A stretch of 64,000 bases of DNA, taken from positions 1-64,000 of the IMG/VR virus record IMGVR_UViG_3300031836_000002. One strand, 5' to 3'. The position numbers and the translations under genes were made by a program. The stretch is from a virus. Taxonomy: Duplodnaviria > Caudoviricetes. Position 1 is the stretch's first letter, and every line of letters starts with the position of its first letter. The notes beneath the pieces were generated by a model. That model searched no databases and was not told where the DNA came from. It saw only the letters and a list, made by a program, of their open reading frames with translations. Of this stretch, positions 8,701 to 15,218 are shown piece after piece.

Positions 8701-10304
8701 TTCTCTGGGGCCTTCACAGAGTAAACAATCTCACCCTGATAGTTAGAAATGATGGACTCTAGAGCAGTTGAGTCTACGTCGCTCCCAAATTTACTGTGAG
8801 TCCAGACTCCGCCAGCAAGCTTCTCCCAGTTCAGAGGGTCACTAGGCACACTCGAATAACCCAGCTTGTATTTGTAGTCAATCACGGTGCCGGGTCTGTA
8901 ACCCTCAAGATCCGAAAGGGTGAAGCCTTTCATTGCATCGTCAGGCTCTTCAGTTGATTGTGGCTTAGCCTCTTCAACTTCCGTGGGGGAGGGGATCGAG
9001 TACACCCGTCCGGATTCCAGTGCCTCAGCAAAGGTCTCGGTGGGCCACTCCCATCCCATGTCCGGCTCAACATCTACTGCTTCTTCGGTGTCTTTTTTCT
9101 TGAATGTGAGGAAGGATTTTTCTGAGGTGGGGTTATTAAGAGCCTGCACAAAGAAACCGTCTGGCTCAACCTCATCCAAGGAACTGACCAGCTCTGCTCC
9201 CTCAGGAAGGTTCAGAGACTCCTTAGATGCGACCTTAGGGGCCTCTTCTGTCTTGTCTGGGGTCTCGGTTACTTCTTTGTCCTTTGGGGCCTCTACGGGC
9301 GGCTCAGCGTCAGGTGTTGGCGCTGGGGCCTCATCCGATGGAAGTCCACCGTTTGAGTCTTCTTCCACTGGGGCAGGCCCCATGACTAGGAGACCCTTCA
9401 GAAGAGCCAGCTGTGGGGACTCGATCTGGGCCTCAATGCCTTCTGTTCCCCACGCGCCACTCTCAAGCTTTGTTGTGTTGGCTCCAGACGGACCCGGAAG
9501 GTGGACAGTGGTTCCTACAGCCATAGCCTCAAGAGCTGCTGTAGCTGCCGGAAGATCCATTTCTGAAAATGAGGTCTCAGCCACTTCACCGAAGGTGCTC
9601 TGAAGAGCTTCATCCTCTGGAGTCTTCTCAGGGATCAACTCACCAGAATCGTAGAAGCCCTGAAGGTCCTTCTCGTCCACCTCGACATTGAGCTGTACGT
9701 GACGCCAAGACTTCTCTGAGACCTTGGTGAACTGAGGCTCACCATCTGGGTCTGTGAGTGTGGATCCCACGGGAAGGGATGGCATCGAGTAAGGGCTGGC
9801 CGTTGCCTCGAAGTCGATCTCTTCGTATTTTTCGTCTTTCTCCAGATTTCCAGAGAACTTGACCTTGAGCACATTCTTGAGTCCTGTTGGGATGCTTACC
9901 TCGCCACCGGCTGTGAATGCGTGCACCTCGCCTTCCGGGGTCAGGACGTAGAGGAAGGCCGCTGTTTCCTTGTTCTTCGACTTGATCAGTTTTGATCCTG
10001 CGGGGGCCGAGTACTTCGAGTTCCCTACGGAGAATTTCTTGTTTCCGGTAAGGGCAGACTTCGAGGTCTTGATGGAGGCTTCCACAGCCTTGGCCGTGGA
10101 CGCTGAGGGTGCGCCAGAGATGGCATTCTTTGGAGGAGTGATCCCCAACTTAGCTGCCGACTTTTGCTTGGTCTCCTCCACATCTGGGGTGATGATCGAC
10201 CCTACGGGCAGGCCATAGAACTCCGCTCCCTCTACCGTCCGGACGAACCTAGGATCCGCGGCTAGAAGAATGAGATCTTCCAGCAAGTTGTTCGAGTCGT
10301 TCAC
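2736..10304 (-). CDS. Giant (~2520 aa) polyvalent virion-associated protein: targeting-like N-terminus, repeats, HipA/PI3-PI4-kinase-like domain, C-terminal ART-like domain
   Basis: Start revised to GTG 10304 (SD AGGAGA overlapping the upstream stop). Kinase-like motifs YFFKP, RAEVE..N.L..LWG, DWLLDNDDTKGDN, GIDKGRAF (~4780-5560). C-terminal EERL..G...GMS...D....ASNVYTR...NETM pattern. Located between MuF and protease. Confidence 0.7.
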   Translation of the reverse strand: MNDSNNLLEDLILLAADPRFVRTVEGAEFYGLPVGSIITPDVEETKQKSAAKLGITPPKNAISGAPSASTAKAVEASIKTSKSALTGNKKFSVGNSKYSAPAGSKLIKSKNKETAAFLYVLTPEGEVHAFTAGGEVSIPTGLKNVLKVKFSGNLEKDEKYEEIDFEATASPYSMPSLPVGSTLTDPDGEPQFTKVSEKSWRHVQLNVEVDEKDLQGFYDSGELIPEKTPEDEALQSTFGEVAETSFSEMDLPAATAALEAMAVGTTVHLPGPSGANTTKLESGAWGTEGIEAQIESPQLALLKGLLVMGPAPVEEDSNGGLPSDEAPAPTPDAEPPVEAPKDKEVTETPDKTEEAPKVASKESLNLPEGAELVSSLDEVEPDGFFVQALNNPTSEKSFLTFKKKDTEEAVDVEPDMGWEWPTETFAEALESGRVYSIPSPTEVEEAKPQSTEEPDDAMKGFTLSDLEGYRPGTVIDYKYKLGYSSVPSDPLNWEKLAGGVWTHSKFGSDVDSTALESIISNYQGEIVYSVKAPEKAPEGVITSYEQMDELENGTILNFAKKDGKLSQYTKLDTGKWLTPGGQTLLSSDLKNSAASGKFSVASKDSGNPDPLETTFETGGESFSPDEMQEALNALEGHPSFQIAYGLKSVPENPLAKLPKDQLKVWAKTAHPDLPPKQGVVQMLKDKLGIKTETKKEKNSEGPTVNIGSAESQTTPTGETGGAFTKDDIEQAIEILEGFNGKIFKSELNKKGNALGKLSPNDIVGFDKDKTVTKQKFIDLLKSKLTKFPQAEEEKTSKNVGDGLTEAADIINAPEGTVVPAEAGGHFLKTQTDQWNYLDDDGVLTGLFSDDDVWESTVYGSIPELKTELLEEDSQDPIGDILKKLPNSDDGLDYSDNADATPADVENAKKGDIFEDTFGGFHTKTTDTQWEFFNADEEGISIGIGGTQKNAASLGQLKKLDEIDTEKNKSGLHPGKYTGGGPTYMVVKEDGTGVYVNSTGAATSLTTAKVKANHKAGMNKYLGIPSDYPEPAEKKTSSTNKSVLKPKLKNVEALEDGTYFNGSPSGAKAWTYEVNGDVVTVTKPKSATVGSTGKIGQKTTALWLFEASTGAQIVGNYDDMDSHTKQADGSWKKSNGDPTPEEVLKSASSYYPYYKIKSHGDAEPVQLTKAKIQTLFVQGKLTDEFGNSVLPQGYTGDVTFFGKEVSTYSLLEAQKLFKEYETSENKGTLAEQNKVVNAVKEAGAVYEAALVLKYAVEQPSTPFDDDKSTSQSNDDKLKVVADAVDAMLAGVNTEIPDSNTTKLFTWDIQGSAVMPEELMDSVNVTTNAEKKAWIKKASMSIGNGEIIGLHSTKMDIYDKQQWISAFNKGDFVQVYNIEVKAAAAEGKAHKSGYKHPGYQENEGTHKVHWAAAVPGEVSALRPVKGDWTPMGTTQIPIAELDNYLIKAQMKYPEHLTVADRRAWVFAHRNNQKALVDKLSLSAQKRSKDGNKTLSDPVEWTDDIVPAKAYDQLFDNSQFPTEGWTTSLSEKYYDDVAESNPELTAIYEEALAASTFGNPSIVKNKAVTDYFQKKSHEQYLESLIPVYTKKPLQTVKQGTHPIAEYSDQHGNDYFFKPRPDTDNGRFRAEVEGLGNSLGRLWGFNSAEPRLVTIDGQYGLLQSKVHGVGDLMGADYGTLSVDQIAGVGGEHVLDWLLDNDDTKGDNAIIDGSGKIVGIDKGRAFRSYGSWKGLSGDHKADSNAKTVYTQLFDSMRAGKIDKATADAAYLKIQRRITNVSKIDDASIRDLMVEGMKSRDTGYDVPYKIDGTLVSQDFEGLMAAVLDRRDHLSVDFETLWAGAYKDSKLGVLPEIPDTPLGDVLSGLGDSRLHEQVLTTGSVGKSTMVGGADIQGGFATVWTDEYESGSKNLLGELTLGPKKQKAVLEFLQTATAQFDKDKSASQGFSAVDVHHSSLLDAAKTVNHHALDKDYNAAKMTKFAETAKTIREDFEEWSPNLISNISVVGVDHYKFKSGTTVPMVHVDQYKMLLDFYQPRLADIEKAHEENGKVAPKIEKFTPLNLSDDLKVYTNPDGVQTATLMANGSYLLKNLDTAQVSFVNSSELDTSEWTPVTVEQPKSLGYVVKLNHHTNEMSGSVEENIKTSNPESTGGVEGSSGVEYEIKLDTGERVFFRNSGQTNTVASQRGKVMFRADGSGKDTAAVANSLERIEGILQTMGIDSTPMDEAGAELVYWREMYQILDNRMHEVGSPYAAAKADLQDFKTQKSDVSETFLETLSDSMTSQEELTFWRDLHTKHFGEEKVSRVLKEELYLPQYDHQMMSQPEMETGKPHWIRYDFTPEEIRETGKMLMTSSTNDPLRQSLVGGSLGAEERLRQNGYWVNGMSATTDQTNDSASNVYTRIHSISEHNSFNAFFDPAALLRTRTYSYSYDRYGDVQWKSSDAPSNPKYALEKFTGSANETMLPHSAALLDIVEVYAFKDSAKRNHAIQALKKRGIEMIRGLPIEERLVMKANVLEALNKVKKQWLK

Positions 10305-10311
10305 GGTTCTC

Positions 10312-10533
10312 CTAATCGTCGTACCGGATAGCTCCCGGAACTTCTTCAAGCTTAGATGCGACCGTTTCTATGTCTCCTTCGAGATGAAGACCAGAAACAA
10401 GAATTTGTGCTGCGCTCAAGCTGCCGAACTGATACTTACTATCGGTCTTTCGCGCATCCTCTAGAACCATGAGTAGTCCTGTCGCTGCTGCCCCAAGACT
10501 ATCAAAGAAGAATCTTGCTGTGGTTCCGGACAT
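10312..10533 (-). CDS. Hypothetical protein (73 aa)
   Basis: Fills the gap between MuF and the giant gene; its stop overlaps the SD of the giant gene. Confidence 0.6.
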   Translation of the reverse strand: MSGTTARFFFDSLGAAATGLLMVLEDARKTDSKYQFGSLSAAQILVSGLHLEGDIETVASKLEEVPGAIRYDD

Positions 10534-10535
10534 GG

Positions 10536-11330
10536 TTAGACTCCCGTGACGAACGAAATAATCTTCTTTAGTGCACCTATGATGGCTGAAAAAATCTTGA
10601 GTGGGAGTCTTTGAACTCCATCGGTGTCCATGGTCTGCTGAGGCTCTCCGGGGGACTCAATGTCTAGTTCCTCGAAGGCGTTCTCTAGTGACACCACCAG
10701 AATCACCAAACAGCACCGACAGCGTGGGTGCCTTGGGGGACCTTGAAGGTTAACGTACACCCCCGGAGAATTCCCTGTCACGGGGAATTCATCATTGAGT
10801 CTCACCACGGTGCCATGAAGTCGTCGGCAATGCTCGCACGGAGTGTTGTTGACGAAGTTAGCTAGCCACAACTTCTTGAGCTGGTGTCCAAAGTCTGAAA
10901 GCTCCGCGTAGGAAGCAATCAGGGCATCTGTGTATCCACGCTGCGCACCAACTCCGGCGCTGTGCTGCATTCGAAGGAGGGCCTTACGCCGAGCCTTATC
11001 TTCTTTGTCGCTGGACTTGTAATCCCGGAGGTTACGTCGGATGTCTGAGATGAGGTCCTTGAGGTACTGGGTATTGAAAATCTGGCCCTGTGGGTACCAT
11101 CCGGGGATCTCGGACTGTCGTGCGGTGTGTTCGGCTGCCACGGCTGCACTGGTCCTATACGCGGCGCGGACGATGGCTTCCAGACGATACCGGACAGTCT
11201 GAGCATTCAACTCACCACGATCCCATGCGTCGAACGCTTCGGAGATGTGTACTCTGACCTGATCCTCTATTGAAGAGGCTGCTAGGTGGGCTACACGGGC
11301 TGCCGCGAGCTGCTCCCCAAAACTAGCCAT
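10536..11330 (-). CDS. MuF-like minor head protein
   Basis: KKLW...TPCEHCRRLHG...PPRHPRCRC, the characteristic Phage_Mu_F Cys/His motif; downstream of portal. Confidence 0.85.
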   Translation of the reverse strand: MASFGEQLAAARVAHLAASSIEDQVRVHISEAFDAWDRGELNAQTVRYRLEAIVRAAYRTSAAVAAEHTARQSEIPGWYPQGQIFNTQYLKDLISDIRRNLRDYKSSDKEDKARRKALLRMQHSAGVGAQRGYTDALIASYAELSDFGHQLKKLWLANFVNNTPCEHCRRLHGTVVRLNDEFPVTGNSPGVYVNLQGPPRHPRCRCCLVILVVSLENAFEELDIESPGEPQQTMDTDGVQRLPLKIFSAIIGALKKIISFVTGV

Positions 11331-11616
11331 CAGACTTTCCCGTGGCCTCGCGAGAGAGGATCGCTGTCACTTCGGAGGAGGTTTTTCCTTCCGAGAACAC
11401 TCGAAGCTCTTCTATGAACTTCAGCTTGAGCGTCTTTCTCAAGTCTTGGTTTCCAGTCTTGTCTGCTTTCTGGATCTGCCGTTGAAGAGACTGGAGACGA
11501 ACAAATGTCACCGGTCTGGGTTCGGGGAGAACTTCACTGCCTTTTCCAATCTCGGAGCCGACAGGCTTGTTGAAGTGCTTCTCACCCGCAGGCGTCAAGA
11601 CTTGGCGCGGGGCCAT
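11323..11616 (-). CDS. 97-aa protein carrying the shared N-terminal effector signature
   Basis: RQVLTPAGEKHFNKPVGSEI aligns with the N-termini of the 1044-aa and giant proteins. Confidence 0.65.
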   Translation of the reverse strand: MAPRQVLTPAGEKHFNKPVGSEIGKGSEVLPEPRPVTFVRLQSLQRQIQKADKTGNQDLRKTLKLKFIEELRVFSEGKTSSEVTAILSREATGKSDG

Positions 11617-11617
11617 A

Positions 11618-11815
11618 CTAGCTCCAGTCGCTGGGGATGGTCATCTGCTGACCGGGCTTGAGGTTGTTGAAGTCGTTCTCTATGAGGTCATAGTAGTCCT
11701 CTACAGCCTCAACGCGATCTGCTGGAACGCTGTTATCTTCTAGGTACTTCTCCACTGGATGTTCTGCCATCACATATGAGGAGATCCTAGACATCTCATC
11801 TACTGTCAATTTCAT
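11618..11815 (-). CDS. Small acidic protein, candidate antitoxin/immunity
   Basis: 65 aa, very acidic; second small gene behind the 1044-aa toxin-domain protein. Confidence 0.55.
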   Translation of the reverse strand: MKLTVDEMSRISSYVMAEHPVEKYLEDNSVPADRVEAVEDYYDLIENDFNNLKPGQQMTIPSDWS

Positions 11816-11827
11816 GATTGTTCCGTC

Positions 11828-12037
11828 CTAGGCGAAAGCCTCTGGTGTGAGCTTCCGTGCTTTTTTCTCGTCTATGGCGTCCGTGCCAATCTCGTTGTTA
11901 TAGATCCGCTCGTACAAGCTAGGAGCAACATTTACCCATGCTGATGTCTTCGTGTCCCAGCGCTCTTGTGTGCTCTCCTCTGAGGAGTACCGAAACAGTG
12001 CCCTTACGGACTCTTTGTAATAATACTGAATTTTCAT
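11828..12037 (-). CDS. Candidate immunity protein for the alarmone-synthetase domain
   Basis: 69 aa with YY..LFR...E.WD...W...Y.RI.....I.E..A.KL pattern; directly follows the RelA/SpoT-like C-terminal domain; has its own SD (GGAGGTG) and promoter. Confidence 0.6.
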   Translation of the reverse strand: MKIQYYYKESVRALFRYSSEESTQERWDTKTSAWVNVAPSLYERIYNNEIGTDAIDEKKARKLTPEAFA

Positions 12038-12083
12038 ATTTCACCTCCACTACCACTATAACAGACAGATTGCATTTGAAATC
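12038..12083 (-). promoter_or_regulatory. Internal promoter with the phage palindrome, in front of the candidate immunity genes
   Basis: Minus strand GATTTCAAATGCAATC-N7-TATAGT with extended -10 TG, same geometry as the early cassettes. Confidence 0.65.
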
Positions 12084-15000
12084 TTACGAGATGGCTGAGA
12101 AATTATCTTCCGATGGAATGTCGTTGGCCATCGAGAACATGGCCACGTCCAGCTCAGTGGCCCGTTCACGTTTCTCAGGAGTCAGCGGAGGTGGGCTGAA
12201 GATGGCTCGTCGTTCCTCGTAAAGAGCGTGCATTCTTTCCATCTTCACATCCAGTGATTCTGGGGTGTGGAACTGAAGCTCGTAGGTTAGCCCATCCTTG
12301 GTTGTCACTGCGGTGTTGATTCCTCGGTAAGGAATATCTGTACTCCCCCACGAGTTTTTCACGCGGACGGTGTTTCCCTCGGCACGTAGCTCATCAATCG
12401 CTGATTGAGAGGTCTCCACGTAGCTTCGAGAGTCTGTCACCATGGTGTAGCGAACAGTGTCCCCTAGTTTCTCTCTGGCTTGTGCGTGCGTGATTCCGTC
12501 TGTGGTGGCATCCTTCCGGATCTTTCTCTCCAGAGAGTCCTTCTCCTTGAGTTTGAAGTCCAGTCCGGAAAGCTCTGCCTTCAGGGAATCGGCCAGTTTC
12601 TGTATTCTGGACGTAACAACCGGCTCTTCTGCGGTGGCTTGCTCGTAGGCCTCATCGGTCAGTGCAGAAATCTGCTCATCGGACCCTTCGGGAAGATCCG
12701 CACTGCTTGGACGCCCTGAGGCTACTTTCTTGGCTGCCGCTACCTTCTTGGCTGCCGCTACCTTCTTGGCTGCCGCTACCTTCTTGGCTGCTGCGGCTTT
12801 CTTGGTTGCCTTCTTCTCGGCAACCACCTTCGGAACCTTGAATCCATCCCAAGCTGACTCTCCTGAGGATAGGTAGCTGTCGAATGCTTTCTGGTTAGTG
12901 ACATTGAAAGACTTGCCGTCACCGCTTCCGACCAACGTGGCGGGCTTTCCATCCACATTGTTGTCGAACAGGTTCACCTTGTCGAAGGTTCCATCGTCCT
13001 TCAAGGCGTCAAAGATCTCAGGAAGAACCGCGTAGGTTCCTCGGATCTGAGCTTCTGGAACAATTCGGTGGGAACGCTCGGCACGGGTCTGTGCTCGTGA
13101 GATTCCCTGCCGTGGTTCTAGGTACAGGTAGTTGGCCTCTACTGCGTAGCCTGCCTTGCGGGCTGCTCTCACCTTTGCTCTAACAGAGTCTGCACTGCCA
13201 TTTCCGGTGCCATCGTAGATCACATTGTATCCGCGGTCGAGCGCTGCTGAGTGGAGGCGCTTGGCTAGCTGGCTTGACTCCTCGTGGGAGTGACCTGCCC
13301 AGCTCATGTCTTCCTTCTCGTAGTCTCCGGAGCGGATGCGCTCTAGTGCTAGTTTCACTTCCGGGAACTGCATCTTCACAGCATCCGGGTCGATAAGCAA
13401 GGCTCCGGGGGTTCCCTCGAAAGGCTCAAGGTCGCCGGTGGCGTCGTCCACAGCACGAGATGTGGGGTACTTCGTCAGCTCGGCGTTTCTACCCTTGGTC
13501 ATGGATCCCTTGCCAGAGGCTGGGCCTCCACCGTTCATGTACTGAACAGGGTTGTCCTGAGGCTCTAGTCCTACAAGGAAGTCAGAGATAATCTTGTCAT
13601 GCAATTTCTTGCGGGCTGCCGTGAACTCGCCCTTCTCATTCACGTGCGCTGACGTATAGGGGCTGGCGGACAGTGCTTTGATCTCACCCTCGTCTGGAAT
13701 GCGTGCTGACTTCTCTCCCAAGCTCTTGGGGTTCCGCTTGAATCCCGCCCTGTCGGCGGATGTTTCAGTCTTTGGGGAGGAAGACACTGATGACTTGGCG
13801 GCTTCTACCGCTGAGTCGTAGTCAGCCGCATACTCTCCCTCACCGGGGGTGTATGGAGTGTCAAGCTTGCTCTCGTCGTAAGCCAAGAAAGTAACGTCTG
13901 GCTCTCCTCCGTTGAAAGCTGCGTAGTCTTTCTTGTTCCAGTCGTCCGGAGCTTCGTCGTCGTCCCACTTGAGTCGTGATTTGACTCGAAGTCCTTCCAG
14001 AGCGTAGATTCCGGGGAGCACTGTGTCGAATGCGTCTGCTCGTCGCCCACCTTGAGAAATTGCTGTGGCCATGAGATGTCTGGCTACTTTCTTGTTCTCA
14101 CTGGAGGGGTCTGCCCACACCGAAACAATCTCATCACCATCCTTAAGAGCCATTCCAGATTTTCCATCTTCGGACATGAAGAGTCGCATCTCGGAGTACT
14201 CACTCTCGTCGTACACCCAGACAGAGCTAGAGAATTTGTTGTTCTCCTTCATCTTCTGCATGGCGGAGTGAAATCTGGAAGCTTCAGCTTTTGATTCGAG
14301 TTCGTAAATTACTGGAGTGGAACCACCAGCGGCTTTGATTACCGCGTTACGCTTTGTTCCGTTCTTGAAAACGGCTTTGGTTTTGACGGAAGAACCATCA
14401 ACTACAAGCCCATCTCCTCCGCTGCCTGAATCCGCTCGTCTGTCCAGTGTTTTTGGATCTGACTCTTTTGCTCCGGTGTCGCGTCCTCCGGAGTCACGTA
14501 CTTCAGGTACGCTTTTCTGGCTTCCGGCGTCAGTGGACTTATCGGAGTATTTTTCTCCATTGTTTGACCTTTTTTCGTCTCTTGTTTTATTGAGATTATC
14601 ACGATTTGAAGTCTCTGAGGCATTCTTCGCCTTGTCGTTCGCATCCATGTTTGGAGTTTTCGGATCACCCGTCACATCAGTGAGATCTCCTGAGGAGTCC
14701 GCCATGAGAGATTTGACGCGAGCCTCTGTCGTAGAGGACAGCTCGACCTCTCCCTTGCTGTTGAAGAATCGAACAGATCCATCAGGAAGTACCAACATGG
14801 TGGCGTCTGGAGCGCTTGAGTGTGTGAAGGCTTTGGACCCAGCGGGGGCTTCGTAGTCAGAGCCTCCGGCTGTGAATTTCGTGGGTCCAGAAAGCGTCGG
14901 TGTGGTAACCTTGGCCTTCCCTTTGACCTTCCGAGATGCCTTGGTGCTGACCTTTCCTGCTTTAGGCGTCTCCGCGGCTGCCTTGGCTGCTGCGGCCTTG

Positions 15001-15218
15001 GGATTGGCCTTAGCGGTCTTTACCTGTGCGGGGGCTGAATTCTCCGGGAGAGCTGCTGTAGAGCCTCTACTGGTAGTTCTGGACTGCTTGGAGGCTCCCT
15101 TGGGTGGTGGCTTACCTTTGTTGGCCTTGCGTGCTTTATCAAGAACGTCAGCGGTGATGGGTGTACCAATGGGAAGGCCGTAGTACCGAGACCCCTCTGG
15201 GCTTGCAACCTTACGCAT
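12084..15218 (-). CDS. 1044-aa polyvalent effector: GNAT-like, zeta-toxin-like P-loop kinase and small alarmone synthetase (RelA/SpoT-like) domains
   Basis: GNAT-like segment (GGRRADAFDTVLPGIYALEG..., ~13870-14290); P-loop GGGPASGKGS, IDPDAVK, HEESS, VIYDGT (~12880-13660); LKEKDSLERKI..DTVRYT..YRGIN..YELQFHTPES..H.LYE (~12090-12660). Confidence 0.8.
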   Translation of the reverse strand: MRKVASPEGSRYYGLPIGTPITADVLDKARKANKGKPPPKGASKQSRTTSRGSTAALPENSAPAQVKTAKANPKAAAAKAAAETPKAGKVSTKASRKVKGKAKVTTPTLSGPTKFTAGGSDYEAPAGSKAFTHSSAPDATMLVLPDGSVRFFNSKGEVELSSTTEARVKSLMADSSGDLTDVTGDPKTPNMDANDKAKNASETSNRDNLNKTRDEKRSNNGEKYSDKSTDAGSQKSVPEVRDSGGRDTGAKESDPKTLDRRADSGSGGDGLVVDGSSVKTKAVFKNGTKRNAVIKAAGGSTPVIYELESKAEASRFHSAMQKMKENNKFSSSVWVYDESEYSEMRLFMSEDGKSGMALKDGDEIVSVWADPSSENKKVARHLMATAISQGGRRADAFDTVLPGIYALEGLRVKSRLKWDDDEAPDDWNKKDYAAFNGGEPDVTFLAYDESKLDTPYTPGEGEYAADYDSAVEAAKSSVSSSPKTETSADRAGFKRNPKSLGEKSARIPDEGEIKALSASPYTSAHVNEKGEFTAARKKLHDKIISDFLVGLEPQDNPVQYMNGGGPASGKGSMTKGRNAELTKYPTSRAVDDATGDLEPFEGTPGALLIDPDAVKMQFPEVKLALERIRSGDYEKEDMSWAGHSHEESSQLAKRLHSAALDRGYNVIYDGTGNGSADSVRAKVRAARKAGYAVEANYLYLEPRQGISRAQTRAERSHRIVPEAQIRGTYAVLPEIFDALKDDGTFDKVNLFDNNVDGKPATLVGSGDGKSFNVTNQKAFDSYLSSGESAWDGFKVPKVVAEKKATKKAAAAKKVAAAKKVAAAKKVAAAKKVASGRPSSADLPEGSDEQISALTDEAYEQATAEEPVVTSRIQKLADSLKAELSGLDFKLKEKDSLERKIRKDATTDGITHAQAREKLGDTVRYTMVTDSRSYVETSQSAIDELRAEGNTVRVKNSWGSTDIPYRGINTAVTTKDGLTYELQFHTPESLDVKMERMHALYEERRAIFSPPPLTPEKRERATELDVAMFSMANDIPSEDNFSAIS
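12721..12792. repeat. Tandem 18-bp repeat x4 encoding (AAKKVA)n linker
   Basis: GCTACCTTCTTGGCTGCC x4 (near-identical), between the zeta and SAS domains. Confidence 0.95.

Noticed and set aside
10305-10349. Track start of the giant ORF at 10349
   Set aside because: Overlaps the 73-aa gene and has no SD; GTG 10304 has AGGAGA.
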